Assembly: GCA_011523635.1 (NCBI GenBank)
Contig: WTGI01000084.1
Location: 39,745 to 103,744 of the forward strand
Direction: 5' to 3'
Length of the DNA: 64,000 nucleotides
Source of the DNA: Acidimicrobiia bacterium
GTDB taxonomy: Bacteria > Actinomycetota > Acidimicrobiia > Spongiisociales > Spongiisociaceae
Shown here: positions 1 to 8,874 of the stretch, in pieces
Layout: each line of letters opens with the position of its first letter
How positions within the stretch are numbered: the stretch's first letter is position 1
Made by a program: the position numbers and the translations under genes
The notes under the pieces: model-generated
What the model saw: only the letters and a program-made list of their open reading frames with translations
Told to the model about the DNA's origin: nothing
Database searches by the model: none

Positions 1-31
1 CTCGAGGACCCGCCATGACGGAGAAGGCGGT

Positions 32-382
32 ATGGGCCTGAGGCTCCGGCGGGTCAACGAGATCCTCAGAGAGGTCATCGCCGAGGAGTGCCAGAACCTC
101 AAGGATCCTCGCATCGGGTTCCTGACGGTGACCGGCGTGTCCGCGTCCCCCGATCTCCGCAAGGCCGAGGTCTATTACACGGTTCTCGGTGACGAGGATG
201 CCGAGGCCCGGACCGCCGAGGCGCTGGCGGCGGCGGCCTCCCGGATCCGCGCCGCGGTGGGTCCGCAGGTACGGATGAAATACCTCCCGGAGTTGAGGTT
301 CGTTCCCGATCCGGCTGTGGTTCACGCCCGGCGGATCGAGGAGATACTGAGGAACATGGACGAGCGAGGCGGGAGCCGGTGA
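32..382 (+). CDS. rbfA: Ribosome-binding factor A
   Basis: RRVNEILREVIAE...LKDPRIGFLTVTGV...SPDLRKAEVY...RMKYLPELRF signature; upstream of DHH/truB/ribF as in the infB operon. Confidence 0.97.
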   Translation: MGLRLRRVNEILREVIAEECQNLKDPRIGFLTVTGVSASPDLRKAEVYYTVLGDEDAEARTAEALAAAASRIRAAVGPQVRMKYLPELRFVPDPAVVHARRIEEILRNMDERGGSR

Positions 383-1350
383 TGCCGGGGGAACGCCGCG
401 GCCTCATGGATGCGGCCCGCGCCGTCCGGCAGGCCGCCACGCTGGTCGCCACGGGCCATGTCAAACCGGACGGTGATGCCTTGGGGTCTGCCCTGGGTCT
501 GGCGCTGGCGGCCCGGGCTGCGGGCCGCTCGGCGCGAGTCTGCTTCGGCGAGCGCTTCGTCCCGGGACGGCACTACGGCTTCCTGGATACCCGTCCGGTG
601 GTGGGTCCCGAGGAGGCCGGCGCTCCCGACGTGCTGGTGGCCTTCGACTGCAATGACCCGGACCGGCTCGGCGCGGAGTTGGCCCCTGTGGTCGAGGCGG
701 CCGGTACGGTGGTGATGATCGACCATCACGTGGCGGGTCCAGGATTCGGGGACATCAGGGTGTCCGACCCGGATGCTCCGGCGGCCGCGCTGCTCTGCTA
801 CCGCCTGATCAGGCTGATCGGATGGGATGTGCCGGCCGAGGCGGCCACGGCCCTGTTGCTGGGCCTGGTTACCGACACGGGTCGCTTCCAGTACGGCAAC
901 ACCAATCCCGAGGTCCTCCGGGCGGCGGCGGAGCTGGTGGAAGCAGGAGCGCGCCCGGAGGTGATCGGGCAGTCCGTCTACGAGTCGGTGGCGTTCGGGT
1001 ACCTCGGCGTGGCCGGAACGGTGCTGTCCCGCGCCACGCTCGAGCCGGCTCACGCCCTCGTCTGGTCCTACGTCACCCAGGACGATCTCGGGCGCCACGG
1101 CATCGGGATGGAGGACGCCGACGCCCTGATCGACGACATTCGGGTGGCCCGGGAGGCCGAGGTGGCGCTGTTGCTCAAGGAGCAGCCCGGCGGGGAGTGG
1201 AAGCTGAGCCTGAGATCCCGCCGGCACGTGGATGTCGCCGCCATAGCCGAGACGATGGGTGGTGGCGGCCACCACCGGGCCGCCGGATGCTCGTTCTCGG
1301 GCACGCGGGACGAAGCGGTCGAAGTCGTCAGGAAACGGCTGGCCGGGTGA
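379..1350 (+). CDS. nrnA: DHH/DHHA1 family phosphoesterase (bifunctional oligoribonuclease/pAp phosphatase NrnA-like)
   Basis: Motifs HVKPDGDALGS, IDHH, TDTGRF, SLRS, GGGGHHRAAG; conserved position between rbfA and truB. Confidence 0.88.
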   Translation: MMPGERRGLMDAARAVRQAATLVATGHVKPDGDALGSALGLALAARAAGRSARVCFGERFVPGRHYGFLDTRPVVGPEEAGAPDVLVAFDCNDPDRLGAELAPVVEAAGTVVMIDHHVAGPGFGDIRVSDPDAPAAALLCYRLIRLIGWDVPAEAATALLLGLVTDTGRFQYGNTNPEVLRAAAELVEAGARPEVIGQSVYESVAFGYLGVAGTVLSRATLEPAHALVWSYVTQDDLGRHGIGMEDADALIDDIRVAREAEVALLLKEQPGGEWKLSLRSRRHVDVAAIAETMGGGGHHRAAGCSFSGTRDEAVEVVRKRLAG

Positions 1351-2228
1351 GTGCCGGTTCCGGGTTCGTCCTGGTCGACAAGGCCGGCGGGTGGACGTCC
1401 CATGATGTGGTGGCCAAGTGTCGCCGGATCCTCGGTATGCGCCGGATCGGGCACGCAGGCACCCTCGATCCCATGGCGACCGGCCTGCTCGTCCTCGGCA
1501 TCGGGAGGGCCACCCGGCTGCTCCGCTTCGTCACCGACCTGCCCAAGGAGTACGAGGCCACGGCCCGCTTCGGCGTGGCCACCGACAGCCTGGACGCCGA
1601 CGGCAAGGAGACGGCGCGGGTGCCGATGAGCGTCGACCGTGAGGATGTGGTCGGCGCCCTGGACCGCTTCAGGGGAGAGATCCTCCAGACACCGCCGATG
1701 GTGTCGGCGGTGAAGGTGGGCGGCAGGAGGCTGCATGAGCTGGCCAGGCGCGGCGAGGAGGTGGAACGGCCTCCCCGGAAGGTGAGGGTGCACCGCCTGG
1801 ATGTGGAGGGTTTCTCGGCCGGGCCGTTCCCGGAGGTCCGCCTCCGGGTGGTCGGAGGGAGCGGCCTCTACGTCCGGGTACTGGCCGACGACCTGGCCGG
1901 GGCCCTCGGCGGGCGGGCCCACCTGACCGCCCTTCGCAGGGTGGCGAGCGGCAGCCTCCGGGTGGAAGAGGCGTGGACGATCGACCGGTTGGTGCGCCTC
2001 GGCGCCGAGGGCCGCCTGGCAGAAGCGGTGCTGGAACCGGCCGCCGCCCTGTCGCATCTGCCGTCCGTGAGTGTGGACCACGACAAGGCTGTACGGGTGC
2101 GTAGCGGGCAACGACTGCCCTCCCCTCCTGACCTGGACGGGCTGGTTCGGGTGATCGCGGAGGGGCGTCTGCTGGCCATCTACCGCGCCCGTGACGATCG
2201 GCTGGTTCCGGAGGTTGTGCTGGCGTGA
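1347..2228 (+). CDS. truB: tRNA pseudouridine(55) synthase
   Basis: VDKAGGWTSHDVV, GHAGTLDPMATG, PPMVSAVKVGGRRL; GTG start at 1347 overlaps the previous stop (GTGA); ORF track start 822 is an artefactual extension. Confidence 0.96.
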   Translation: MSAGSGFVLVDKAGGWTSHDVVAKCRRILGMRRIGHAGTLDPMATGLLVLGIGRATRLLRFVTDLPKEYEATARFGVATDSLDADGKETARVPMSVDREDVVGALDRFRGEILQTPPMVSAVKVGGRRLHELARRGEEVERPPRKVRVHRLDVEGFSAGPFPEVRLRVVGGSGLYVRVLADDLAGALGGRAHLTALRRVASGSLRVEEAWTIDRLVRLGAEGRLAEAVLEPAAALSHLPSVSVDHDKAVRVRSGQRLPSPPDLDGLVRVIAEGRLLAIYRARDDRLVPEVVLA

Positions 2229-2238
2229 ATCGGGTCCG

Positions 2239-3156
2239 ATGAAGATCTGGAGGGGCGATCCACTCGCCTGGGGACCGGGCCCGGATGGCGGGACGGCACT
2301 GACCATAGGCGTATTCGACGGCGTCCACCGGGGTCACCGGACGCTGCTGGACGACCTGGCGGAGCAGGCCGTCCGAGCGGGGGGCCTCGAGACGGTCGTG
2401 GTTACGTTCGATGTCCATCCCCGCCGGTTCTTCGATCCGATCCACGGGCCGGCCTTGCTGGTGACGCTGTCCCGCCGGCTCGAGTTGCTGGAGTCGGCGG
2501 GTGCGGACCACGTGGGGGTGCTCCCTTTCGCGGACGTGCGCCACCTCGGTCCCGAGGACTTCATCCGCCGGGTGGTGTCGGGCGGGTTCAACGCCCGAGC
2601 CGTGGTGGTGGGCGAGGGTTTCCGGTACGGGGCCGGTAGAGCCGGAGACGTGGACGACCTGGTGGCATCGGGCCATTCCCACGGCTTCCGGGTCGAGGCC
2701 ATCCGGCTGCAGGACGGTAAGGAAGGGCCGATCTCGTCGTCCACGATCCGTCGCCACATAGCGGTGGGTGAGGTAGCGGCTGCGGCCGAGTTGCTCGGCC
2801 GGCCTCATGAAGTGCCCGGCCGGCTCGTCACACCTGAGGAGAGAGGGGATGCCTCGACCCTGGCCGTGGATGTGGACTGGTCGATGGCGGTGCCCGGATC
2901 CGGGGTATACGCAGTGACCCTAGGCGCGGACGACCCCGACAGCCCCGGCGCCTGCGCCATCGGTGGTGCCGACCGACCGCTCCGGGTCCGCCTGCCGGAT
3001 CGGTCGACCGGTCCGGCTCCGGGCGACCGCCTGGTCCTGACCTTCCTCGACCGCCTCCGCCCTTCTCCGCCGGGAGGCAGTGCTCCACCCCGGATCACCC
3101 CCGCGGATCTCGCACGAGTACTTCGCCTGAAGGGTGGTTCCTCCCGTCGAGTCTGA
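2239..3156 (+). CDS. ribF: RibF-like FAD synthetase with intact adenylyltransferase domain and degenerate riboflavin kinase domain
   Basis: TIGVFDGVHRGH, TFDVHP, VVGEGFRYG, ISSSTIR, LLGRPH present; kinase motifs GFPTAN and E-x-H-x-x-D absent, although P-x-x-GVYA is retained. Confidence 0.85.
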   Translation: MKIWRGDPLAWGPGPDGGTALTIGVFDGVHRGHRTLLDDLAEQAVRAGGLETVVVTFDVHPRRFFDPIHGPALLVTLSRRLELLESAGADHVGVLPFADVRHLGPEDFIRRVVSGGFNARAVVVGEGFRYGAGRAGDVDDLVASGHSHGFRVEAIRLQDGKEGPISSSTIRRHIAVGEVAAAAELLGRPHEVPGRLVTPEERGDASTLAVDVDWSMAVPGSGVYAVTLGADDPDSPGACAIGGADRPLRVRLPDRSTGPAPGDRLVLTFLDRLRPSPPGGSAPPRITPADLARVLRLKGGSSRRV

Positions 3157-3279
3157 GCCCGCCTCCGGAGAGTGAGAAACATAGGGGTTGAACTCCGGTG
3201 GATATGGGTCCACTATGGCCATCACGGGGCGCACGGGGGACGGCACACACCTGCAAGCGACATGATTGGATGATTTCAA

Positions 3280-3480
3280 GTGGACGATCGAGACCGCAAC
3301 GGGCAGCTCTTTCGGGCCTATCTGGCCGTGTTCGAGCTCACCTACCTGCGCATCCTGCTGGCGTTCCTGCAATTCCAGCGCTGGGCCATGATCACCTTCT
3401 ACCGCCTGGTGCTCGGGATCGACAAGCGCCCTCCGCCCCGGCCGACGCAGGCGGAGCTCCGCGAGAGGTACGGGCGGTGA
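3280..3480 (+). CDS. Small hypothetical protein (66 aa) with a hydrophobic/aromatic helix
   Basis: GTG-started ORF with GC3-rich codons like neighbouring genes; fills the ribF-rpsO gap. Confidence 0.5.
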   Translation: MDDRDRNGQLFRAYLAVFELTYLRILLAFLQFQRWAMITFYRLVLGIDKRPPPRPTQAELRERYGR

Positions 3481-3621
3481 AGCGAGGGGGGCACGCAAAA
3501 TAGTCCGGTTGGTCTGATAGCCGGCAGCACCCGAGTCGACGGATCGCTGGTCAACCACCCCGTCGCTTTCAGCACCTTCCTTGGCAGCTCGCGGCCGGCG
3601 CGCACCCGGTCGCCATGGAGG

Positions 3622-3630
3622 TGCTACACT
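3622..3630 (+). promoter_or_regulatory. Extended -10 promoter element for rpsO
   Basis: TGcTACACT (TGn-TANNNT) about 57 nt upstream of the rpsO ATG. Confidence 0.5.
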
Positions 3631-3686
3631 CCGGCCGGTCCCCACTTCTACATGCCGGTCCGGTATGTGCTGATCGAGTGAGAGAG

Positions 3687-3944
3687 ATGAAACCGACCCA
3701 GGAAATTGTTGCCGAGTTCGGCGCACACGACAGCGACACCGGATCTCCCGAGGTCCAGGTCGCGCTGCTCTCACAGCGAATCCGTCACCTGACCGATCAC
3801 CTGCGTGAGCACAAGCATGACCATCACAGCCGCCGAGGTTTGCTGATGATGGTGGGCAAGCGCAAGCGGCTACTGGACTACCTGCGGACGAACGATGCCG
3901 AGCGGTATCGTCGGGTGATCGCCAAGCTCGGATTGCGTCGATAG
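3687..3944 (+). CDS. rpsO: 30S ribosomal protein S15
   Basis: [43 protein letters not shown]...LGLRR. Confidence 0.98.
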   Translation: MKPTQEIVAEFGAHDSDTGSPEVQVALLSQRIRHLTDHLREHKHDHHSRRGLLMMVGKRKRLLDYLRTNDAERYRRVIAKLGLRR

Positions 3945-4098
3945 CATCCACGGAGATGGTCGCCCACAGCCAACCGGGTCCGGTAGTCAAGAAAGAGGTG
4001 GGATGATCGAAGCGCCCCGTATGGCGCTGATCGATGATGACGGCTGATCAGGAAAGTCCTGCCGGCCAACCAACCACACAAGCAGGCTGGTAACGCTC

Positions 4099-4204
4099 CG
4101 GAGAACGGCGTTGATCAGTTGTCAGTCGCCATCCCTTCATGACGCGGCGCAGCTACGAAGCGTCCGGAGGTATGACCACTGGTAATTGACTTCGCCGCTC
4201 TCCG
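4099..4204 (+). promoter_or_regulatory. Long pnp leader stem-loop (candidate RNase III processing/autoregulation site)
   Basis: CGGAGAACGGCG (4099-4110) pairs with CGCCGCTCTCCG (4193-4204) with one mismatch; TCAGTTGTCAGT (4115-4126) pairs with ACTGGTAATTGA (4178-4189) including G-U pairs; such hairpins are established for rpsO-pnp intergenic regions. Confidence 0.65.
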
Positions 4205-4242
4205 AGCGACAGGTGCCTGGGCATAGAAACCAAGGAGAGCAT

Positions 4243-6708
4243 GTGTCTGAACAAGTCGTTCGCGGCCTTATAGGTGAAAAAGAGGTCGTGATTTCCACCG
4301 GCAAACTCGCCGGTCAAGCAAACGGGGCGGTTCGCGTCTCCATGGGGGAGACGGAAGTGCTGGTCGCCGCCACCGCCAGCGACAAGCCGCGGGAGGGAGT
4401 GAGTTTCTTCCCCCTCACGATCGATGTCGAGGAGCGGATGTACGCGGTGGGCAAGATCCCCGGGTCCTTCTTTCGCCGGGAGGGTCGGGCCACCGAGCGG
4501 GCCACGCTGAGTGCCCGGCTCATCGACCGGCCCCTCCGCCCGTCCTTCCGTGACGGGTACCGCAACGACACCCATGTGGTGGCCACCGTGCTCCAGGTGG
4601 ATGGTGAGACGGCCTATGACGTGCTGGCTCTCAACGGCGCATCTGCGGCCCTGACCATCAGCGATCTCCCCTTCGAGGGACCGCTGGGCGGGGTCCGGCT
4701 GGGCCTGGGAGAGAACGGGTGGGTGCCGTTCCCCACGTTCAGCGAGTTGGAGGAGTGCGTGTTCGACCTGGTGGTGGTCGGCAAGCACAACGACTCAGGG
4801 GCCGTGGACATCATCATGGTGGAGGCCGGCGCCACCGACGGCGCCCTGGCCCTGATCGGAGAGGGTCATGCCCCACCGGACGAGGACGCAGTAGCAGCCG
4901 GTCTCGAGGAGGCCAAGGCCTACATCGGGCAGTTGCTCGATCTGCAGGGCGAGCTACAGGGACTTACCAATAAGGAAGTCGGGGAGTGGCCGTCGGTCAT
5001 CGAATACACAGAGGATGTGTACGAGCGGGTGTCGGATCTGGCCGCCGACGGGATCGCCGAGGTGGTCAGGATTGCTGACAAGGCCGAGCGAGAGTCCGCT
5101 GGGGCGGAGTTGGCCGAGCGGGTGGCCGCGGAGTACGGCGTCGATGAAGATGACGCCGAAACTGCTCGGCAGGTCAAGGCCGCGTTGCGAGCCGCCACCA
5201 AGAAGGCGATGCGCCGGCAGATCATCGATGAGGGAATCCGCATGGACGGCCGGGGTGTCACCGACATCCGGCCGCTGTCCGCCGAGGTCAACGTGTTGAC
5301 CCGGGCCCACGGATCCGCGCTGTTCACCCGCGGGGAAACGCAGGTGCTGAACGTCCTCACGCTGGGCATGCCGCGCATGGAGCAGATGCTCGACACCATC
5401 AGCAACGAGGAAGCCAAGCGCTACATGCACCACTACAACTTCCCGCCCTACTGCACCGGGGAGGCCGGGTTCATGAGGGGACCCAAGCGGCGGGAGATCG
5501 GACACGGCGCTCTGGCGGAGAAGGCCCTCCTACCGGTGCTTCCTGCCGATGACGGGTTCCAATACACGCTCCGGCTGGTCTCGGAGGTGCTCTCGTCCAA
5601 CGGGTCCTCCTCGATGGCATCGGTCTGCGGCTCCTCGCTCTCCCTTATGGATGCGGGCGTCAGGATCGCCGATCCGGTGGCCGGTATAGCCATGGGCTTG
5701 ATCGCCGACGGTGACAACTACGTGACCTTGACAGACATCCTCGGGGCAGAGGACGCCTTGGGCGACATGGACTTCAAGGTGGCCGGAACCGCAGACGTCA
5801 TCACCGCCCTCCAGCTCGATATGAAGATCGACGGTCTGCCGGCGGAGGTACTCGCCGGTGCCCTCATCCAGGCCAAGCAGGCCCGGATGGAGATACTGGA
5901 TGTGATGATGGAGGCCATCGACGGGCCTCGCGAGGAGATGAAGGAGCATGCTCCCCGCCTTGAGACCGTCAAGATCCCGGTGGACAAGATCGGCGACATC
6001 ATCGGTCCCAAGGGAAAGATCATCCGCGAGCTGGAGGCCGAGACCGGCGCCTCGATCGAGGTTCAGGATGACGGCACGGTGCTGGTGTCCTCGAGTGACG
6101 GCACCTCACTGGCCGACGCCTTGAACCGGGTCAACGAGATCGCCTTCCCGCCGACGCCCGAAGTGGACAAGCAGTACGAGGGCAAGGTGGTGAGCATCAC
6201 CGACTTCGGGGCGTTCATCAACATCCTTCCGGGCCGGGACGGCCTCCTCCATATCTCCAAGTTCGACAGCACCCGCCACGTGCGCCGGGTGGGCGACTAC
6301 CTGTCCGAGGGTGATCCCCTGACGGTGGTGGTCGACTCCATCGACCGCAACGGCAAGGTCTCGCTCAAGGTGACGGCCGACCTGGAGCCGAAGCCCGGCG
6401 CCAAGGTCGGGGCACCGGGCCAGCCGCGCGATCGGGGTGACCGAGGACCCGGACGGGGCGGCGGCGGGAGAGGCCCCAATCGGGGTCGCGGACCTCGCCA
6501 GGGTCGAGGCGGCGGCCGCCCGCAGGGCCGCGGCGGCAACCGGGGTCGTGGCCAGGGTGGTCGTGGCCAGGGTGGTCGTGGCCAAGGCGGTCGCGGCCAG
6601 GGTGGTCGTGGCCAGGGCGGCGGCGGCAACCGCCGGAGATCAGGCTCGGCAGGCAACGGCGGGCGTAGGTTCGCCTCCTTCGAGGACGCCTTCACCGACG
6701 GCATCTAG
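4243..6708 (+). CDS. pnp: Polyribonucleotide nucleotidyltransferase with an RG-rich C-terminal tail
   Basis: FFPLTIDVEER, GKIPGSFFRREGR, RREIGHG, SNGSSSMASVCG, GDMDFKVAGT, KH (IIGPKGK) and S1 domains; SD AAGGAG at 4232-4237 before GTG 4243. Confidence 0.98.
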   Translation: MSEQVVRGLIGEKEVVISTGKLAGQANGAVRVSMGETEVLVAATASDKPREGVSFFPLTIDVEERMYAVGKIPGSFFRREGRATERATLSARLIDRPLRPSFRDGYRNDTHVVATVLQVDGETAYDVLALNGASAALTISDLPFEGPLGGVRLGLGENGWVPFPTFSELEECVFDLVVVGKHNDSGAVDIIMVEAGATDGALALIGEGHAPPDEDAVAAGLEEAKAYIGQLLDLQGELQGLTNKEVGEWPSVIEYTEDVYERVSDLAADGIAEVVRIADKAERESAGAELAERVAAEYGVDEDDAETARQVKAALRAATKKAMRRQIIDEGIRMDGRGVTDIRPLSAEVNVLTRAHGSALFTRGETQVLNVLTLGMPRMEQMLDTISNEEAKRYMHHYNFPPYCTGEAGFMRGPKRREIGHGALAEKALLPVLPADDGFQYTLRLVSEVLSSNGSSSMASVCGSSLSLMDAGVRIADPVAGIAMGLIADGDNYVTLTDILGAEDALGDMDFKVAGTADVITALQLDMKIDGLPAEVLAGALIQAKQARMEILDVMMEAIDGPREEMKEHAPRLETVKIPVDKIGDIIGPKGKIIRELEAETGASIEVQDDGTVLVSSSDGTSLADALNRVNEIAFPPTPEVDKQYEGKVVSITDFGAFINILPGRDGLLHISKFDSTRHVRRVGDYLSEGDPLTVVVDSIDRNGKVSLKVTADLEPKPGAKVGAPGQPRDRGDRGPGRGGGGRGPNRGRGPRQGRGGGRPQGRGGNRGRGQGGRGQGGRGQGGRGQGGRGQGGGGNRRRSGSAGNGGRRFASFEDAFTDGI
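6544..6618 (+). repeat. Five tandem 15-bp units encoding (GRGQG)x5 in the PNPase tail
   Basis: GGTCGTGGCCAGGGT x2 followed by three variants. Confidence 0.9.
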
Positions 6709-6792
6709 CCTTCGCGGAGAGCGCCCGGCCCACGCCAGTGACGTGGGCCGGGGCACTGTCCATCGACAACCAACCACTGTAGGCTCGGCAGC

Positions 6793-7671
6793 ATGCCGGA
6801 ACTGTCCGATGTGGTCGTGTATCTGGAGGCCCTCGAACGGTTCGTCGGGGGACGGGTTCTGGAACGGGCCAGGGTGGTGTCGATCTCGCTCCTCCGCACC
6901 TTCGACCCGCCGCTATCCGAAGTGGAGGGCAGGCGGGTGGTCGGGTTCCGCCGCATGGGGAAGCGCTTGGTCCTGGAGCTCGAGGACGACCTCTTCATGG
7001 TGTTCCACCTGATGATTGCGGGCCGGTTCAGATGGAGGGTTCGCGGCGCGGCCGTACCCAGGAAGGTCGGTCACGCCGCGTTCGACTTCCCGAACGGAAC
7101 GCTGGTACTCACCGAACAGGGCTCCAGGAAGCGGGCCTCGTTGCATGTGCACCGGGGCGCGGAGGGCCTGGACGAGCATGACCGCGGCGGCCTGGAGCCG
7201 CTCGAAGCTGGCCCGGCCGCTTTCGCCGAGGCGCTCAGACGGGAGAACCGGACGCTCAAGCGGGCGCTGACGGATCCCCGCATCCTCTCGGGTATCGGCA
7301 ACGCATACTCGGACGAGATACTCCACCGGGCCGGGCTCTCGCCGGTGGTCCTGACCAGCCGGCTTGACGATCCCACCCTGGAGCGGCTCCGTGAGGCGAC
7401 CGTCAGCACGCTGACCGAATGGGTGGATCGGATGCGGGACGAGGTGGGTGAAGGGTTCCCGGACCGGGTCACGGCCTTCCGGCCCGAAATGGCTGTCCAT
7501 GGCAAGTACGGGCAACCCTGTCCCGTGTGCGGGAGTCCGGTCCGGCGGATCGTGTACGCATCGAACGAGACCAACTACTGCGCCGGATGCCAGACGGGGG
7601 GCAGGATCCTGGCCGACCGGGCCCTTTCCCGGCTGCTGAAGGACCAGTGGCCCGCCGCGATCCCCGACTGA
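6793..7671 (+). CDS. Fpg/Nei family DNA glycosylase/AP lyase
   Basis: N-terminal MPEL, R.GK, HLMIAG, H2TH motif GIGNAYSDEIL, C-terminal zinc finger CPVC...YCAGCQ. Confidence 0.93.
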   Translation: MPELSDVVVYLEALERFVGGRVLERARVVSISLLRTFDPPLSEVEGRRVVGFRRMGKRLVLELEDDLFMVFHLMIAGRFRWRVRGAAVPRKVGHAAFDFPNGTLVLTEQGSRKRASLHVHRGAEGLDEHDRGGLEPLEAGPAAFAEALRRENRTLKRALTDPRILSGIGNAYSDEILHRAGLSPVVLTSRLDDPTLERLREATVSTLTEWVDRMRDEVGEGFPDRVTAFRPEMAVHGKYGQPCPVCGSPVRRIVYASNETNYCAGCQTGGRILADRALSRLLKDQWPAAIPD

Positions 7672-7694
7672 CGGGGACCAGGAGCCTTCCGGGT

Positions 7695-8687
7695 CTAAAC
7701 CGCGGCAGCCTCGCGGAGTGCTGGGAGAACCTCCCGGCCGAGGAGTTCGATAAGGCCCTCCTGGTCGACCGAGGCCATCTGGATGGTGACGATGTCGGCG
7801 TCGATCGAGCCCAGCAGCGGCAGGTACAGGTCGACGATGTCCTCGGCGCTGGTCGCCCTTGCGTAGCGTCCGAGTATCTCCTCGCGCGGTAGGTCGTCGG
7901 CTCGTTTCCGGAGCGTCATCGGATCGACGGCCTGGAGACGCCCCGGCGCCCGCAGCCCGCGCCACGAATACAGCGCTTCCCAAGCCTCGTCGTCGCTACC
8001 CGCCATGATCGACCAGCGTGAGGTGAGCAGCAGCGGGCGGGGCCTTCCCGCCTCGGCCGCCGATTTCCGGGCCGGGTCGATGACCCGCTCCAGCGCGACC
8101 GCGGGATCCTTCACCGAGACGATTATCCCGTCCGCCTTGCGACCTGCCAGACCGGCTGTCTTGGGACCGCCCGCCGCCAGGAGGATCGGGACCCGGGATA
8201 CCGGCGGGGAGTACAGCTTGGCCCGGTCGGTGGTGTAGTACTCGCCGCTGTAGGAGAGTTTCTCTCCTTCCAGCAGGCGCCTCATGATGTCAAGCGCCTC
8301 CGACATCCGGGCCGCGCGCTCCGCGTACTTGGGGAAGTGATATCCCAGCGGGCCCTCGTTGATGTTCTCGCCGGTGCCCACGCCGAGGTTGAACCGCCCT
8401 CCGCTCAAGCGATTGAGGGTGGCGGCGGCCTGGGCCACGATGGCGGGATGGAACCTCCACAAGGGAGTGGTCACCCCGGTCGTGATCTCGATCCGCTCGG
8501 TGGCCTCCGCCACGGCGCCCAGGGTCGAGAAGGAGAATCCGGAGGCCGACGCATCATCCACCCAAGGATGGAAGTGTTCCGAAACCACCAACATGTCGAA
8601 GCCGGCTTCCTCGGCGAGGACCGCATGGCGGACCACCTGCTCGGGATGCCACTGCTCGTGGCCGCAGAAGTAGGCGAAGCGTTTCAT
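7695..8687 (-). CDS. F420-dependent LLM-class oxidoreductase (Fgd/G6PDH-like family)
   Basis: HEQ, AEEAGFD, SEHFHPW, PAIVAQAAATL, GRFNLGVGTGENINE. Confidence 0.9.
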   Translation of the reverse strand: MKRFAYFCGHEQWHPEQVVRHAVLAEEAGFDMLVVSEHFHPWVDDASASGFSFSTLGAVAEATERIEITTGVTTPLWRFHPAIVAQAAATLNRLSGGRFNLGVGTGENINEGPLGYHFPKYAERAARMSEALDIMRRLLEGEKLSYSGEYYTTDRAKLYSPPVSRVPILLAAGGPKTAGLAGRKADGIIVSVKDPAVALERVIDPARKSAAEAGRPRPLLLTSRWSIMAGSDDEAWEALYSWRGLRAPGRLQAVDPMTLRKRADDLPREEILGRYARATSAEDIVDLYLPLLGSIDADIVTIQMASVDQEGLIELLGREVLPALREAAAV

Positions 8688-8717
8688 CGGACCATCTCCG
8701 TAGGGTCTGAGTGTCGT

Positions 8718-8825
8718 TCAGGCCGGATTGGGCCAGAGATAGAGCGCCACCATGATCCCGAGGAAGATGACCGTGGCCAGAAAGGAGCCCCACCGGCTCC
8801 GGCCGTTGTCTGCAGGCGATGCCAT
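8718..8825 (-). CDS. 35-aa single-pass membrane peptide (not in ORF track)
   Basis: Translates MASPADNGRSRWGSFLATVIFLGIMVALYLWPNPA; TATCCT -10-like hexamer 8 nt before the ATG; fills the gap between co-oriented genes. Confidence 0.6.
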   Translation of the reverse strand: MASPADNGRSRWGSFLATVIFLGIMVALYLWPNPA

Positions 8826-8874
8826 TGCCGGACAGGATAGACGGAATCGGAGGCCGGTATCAATCCTCCGGAGC

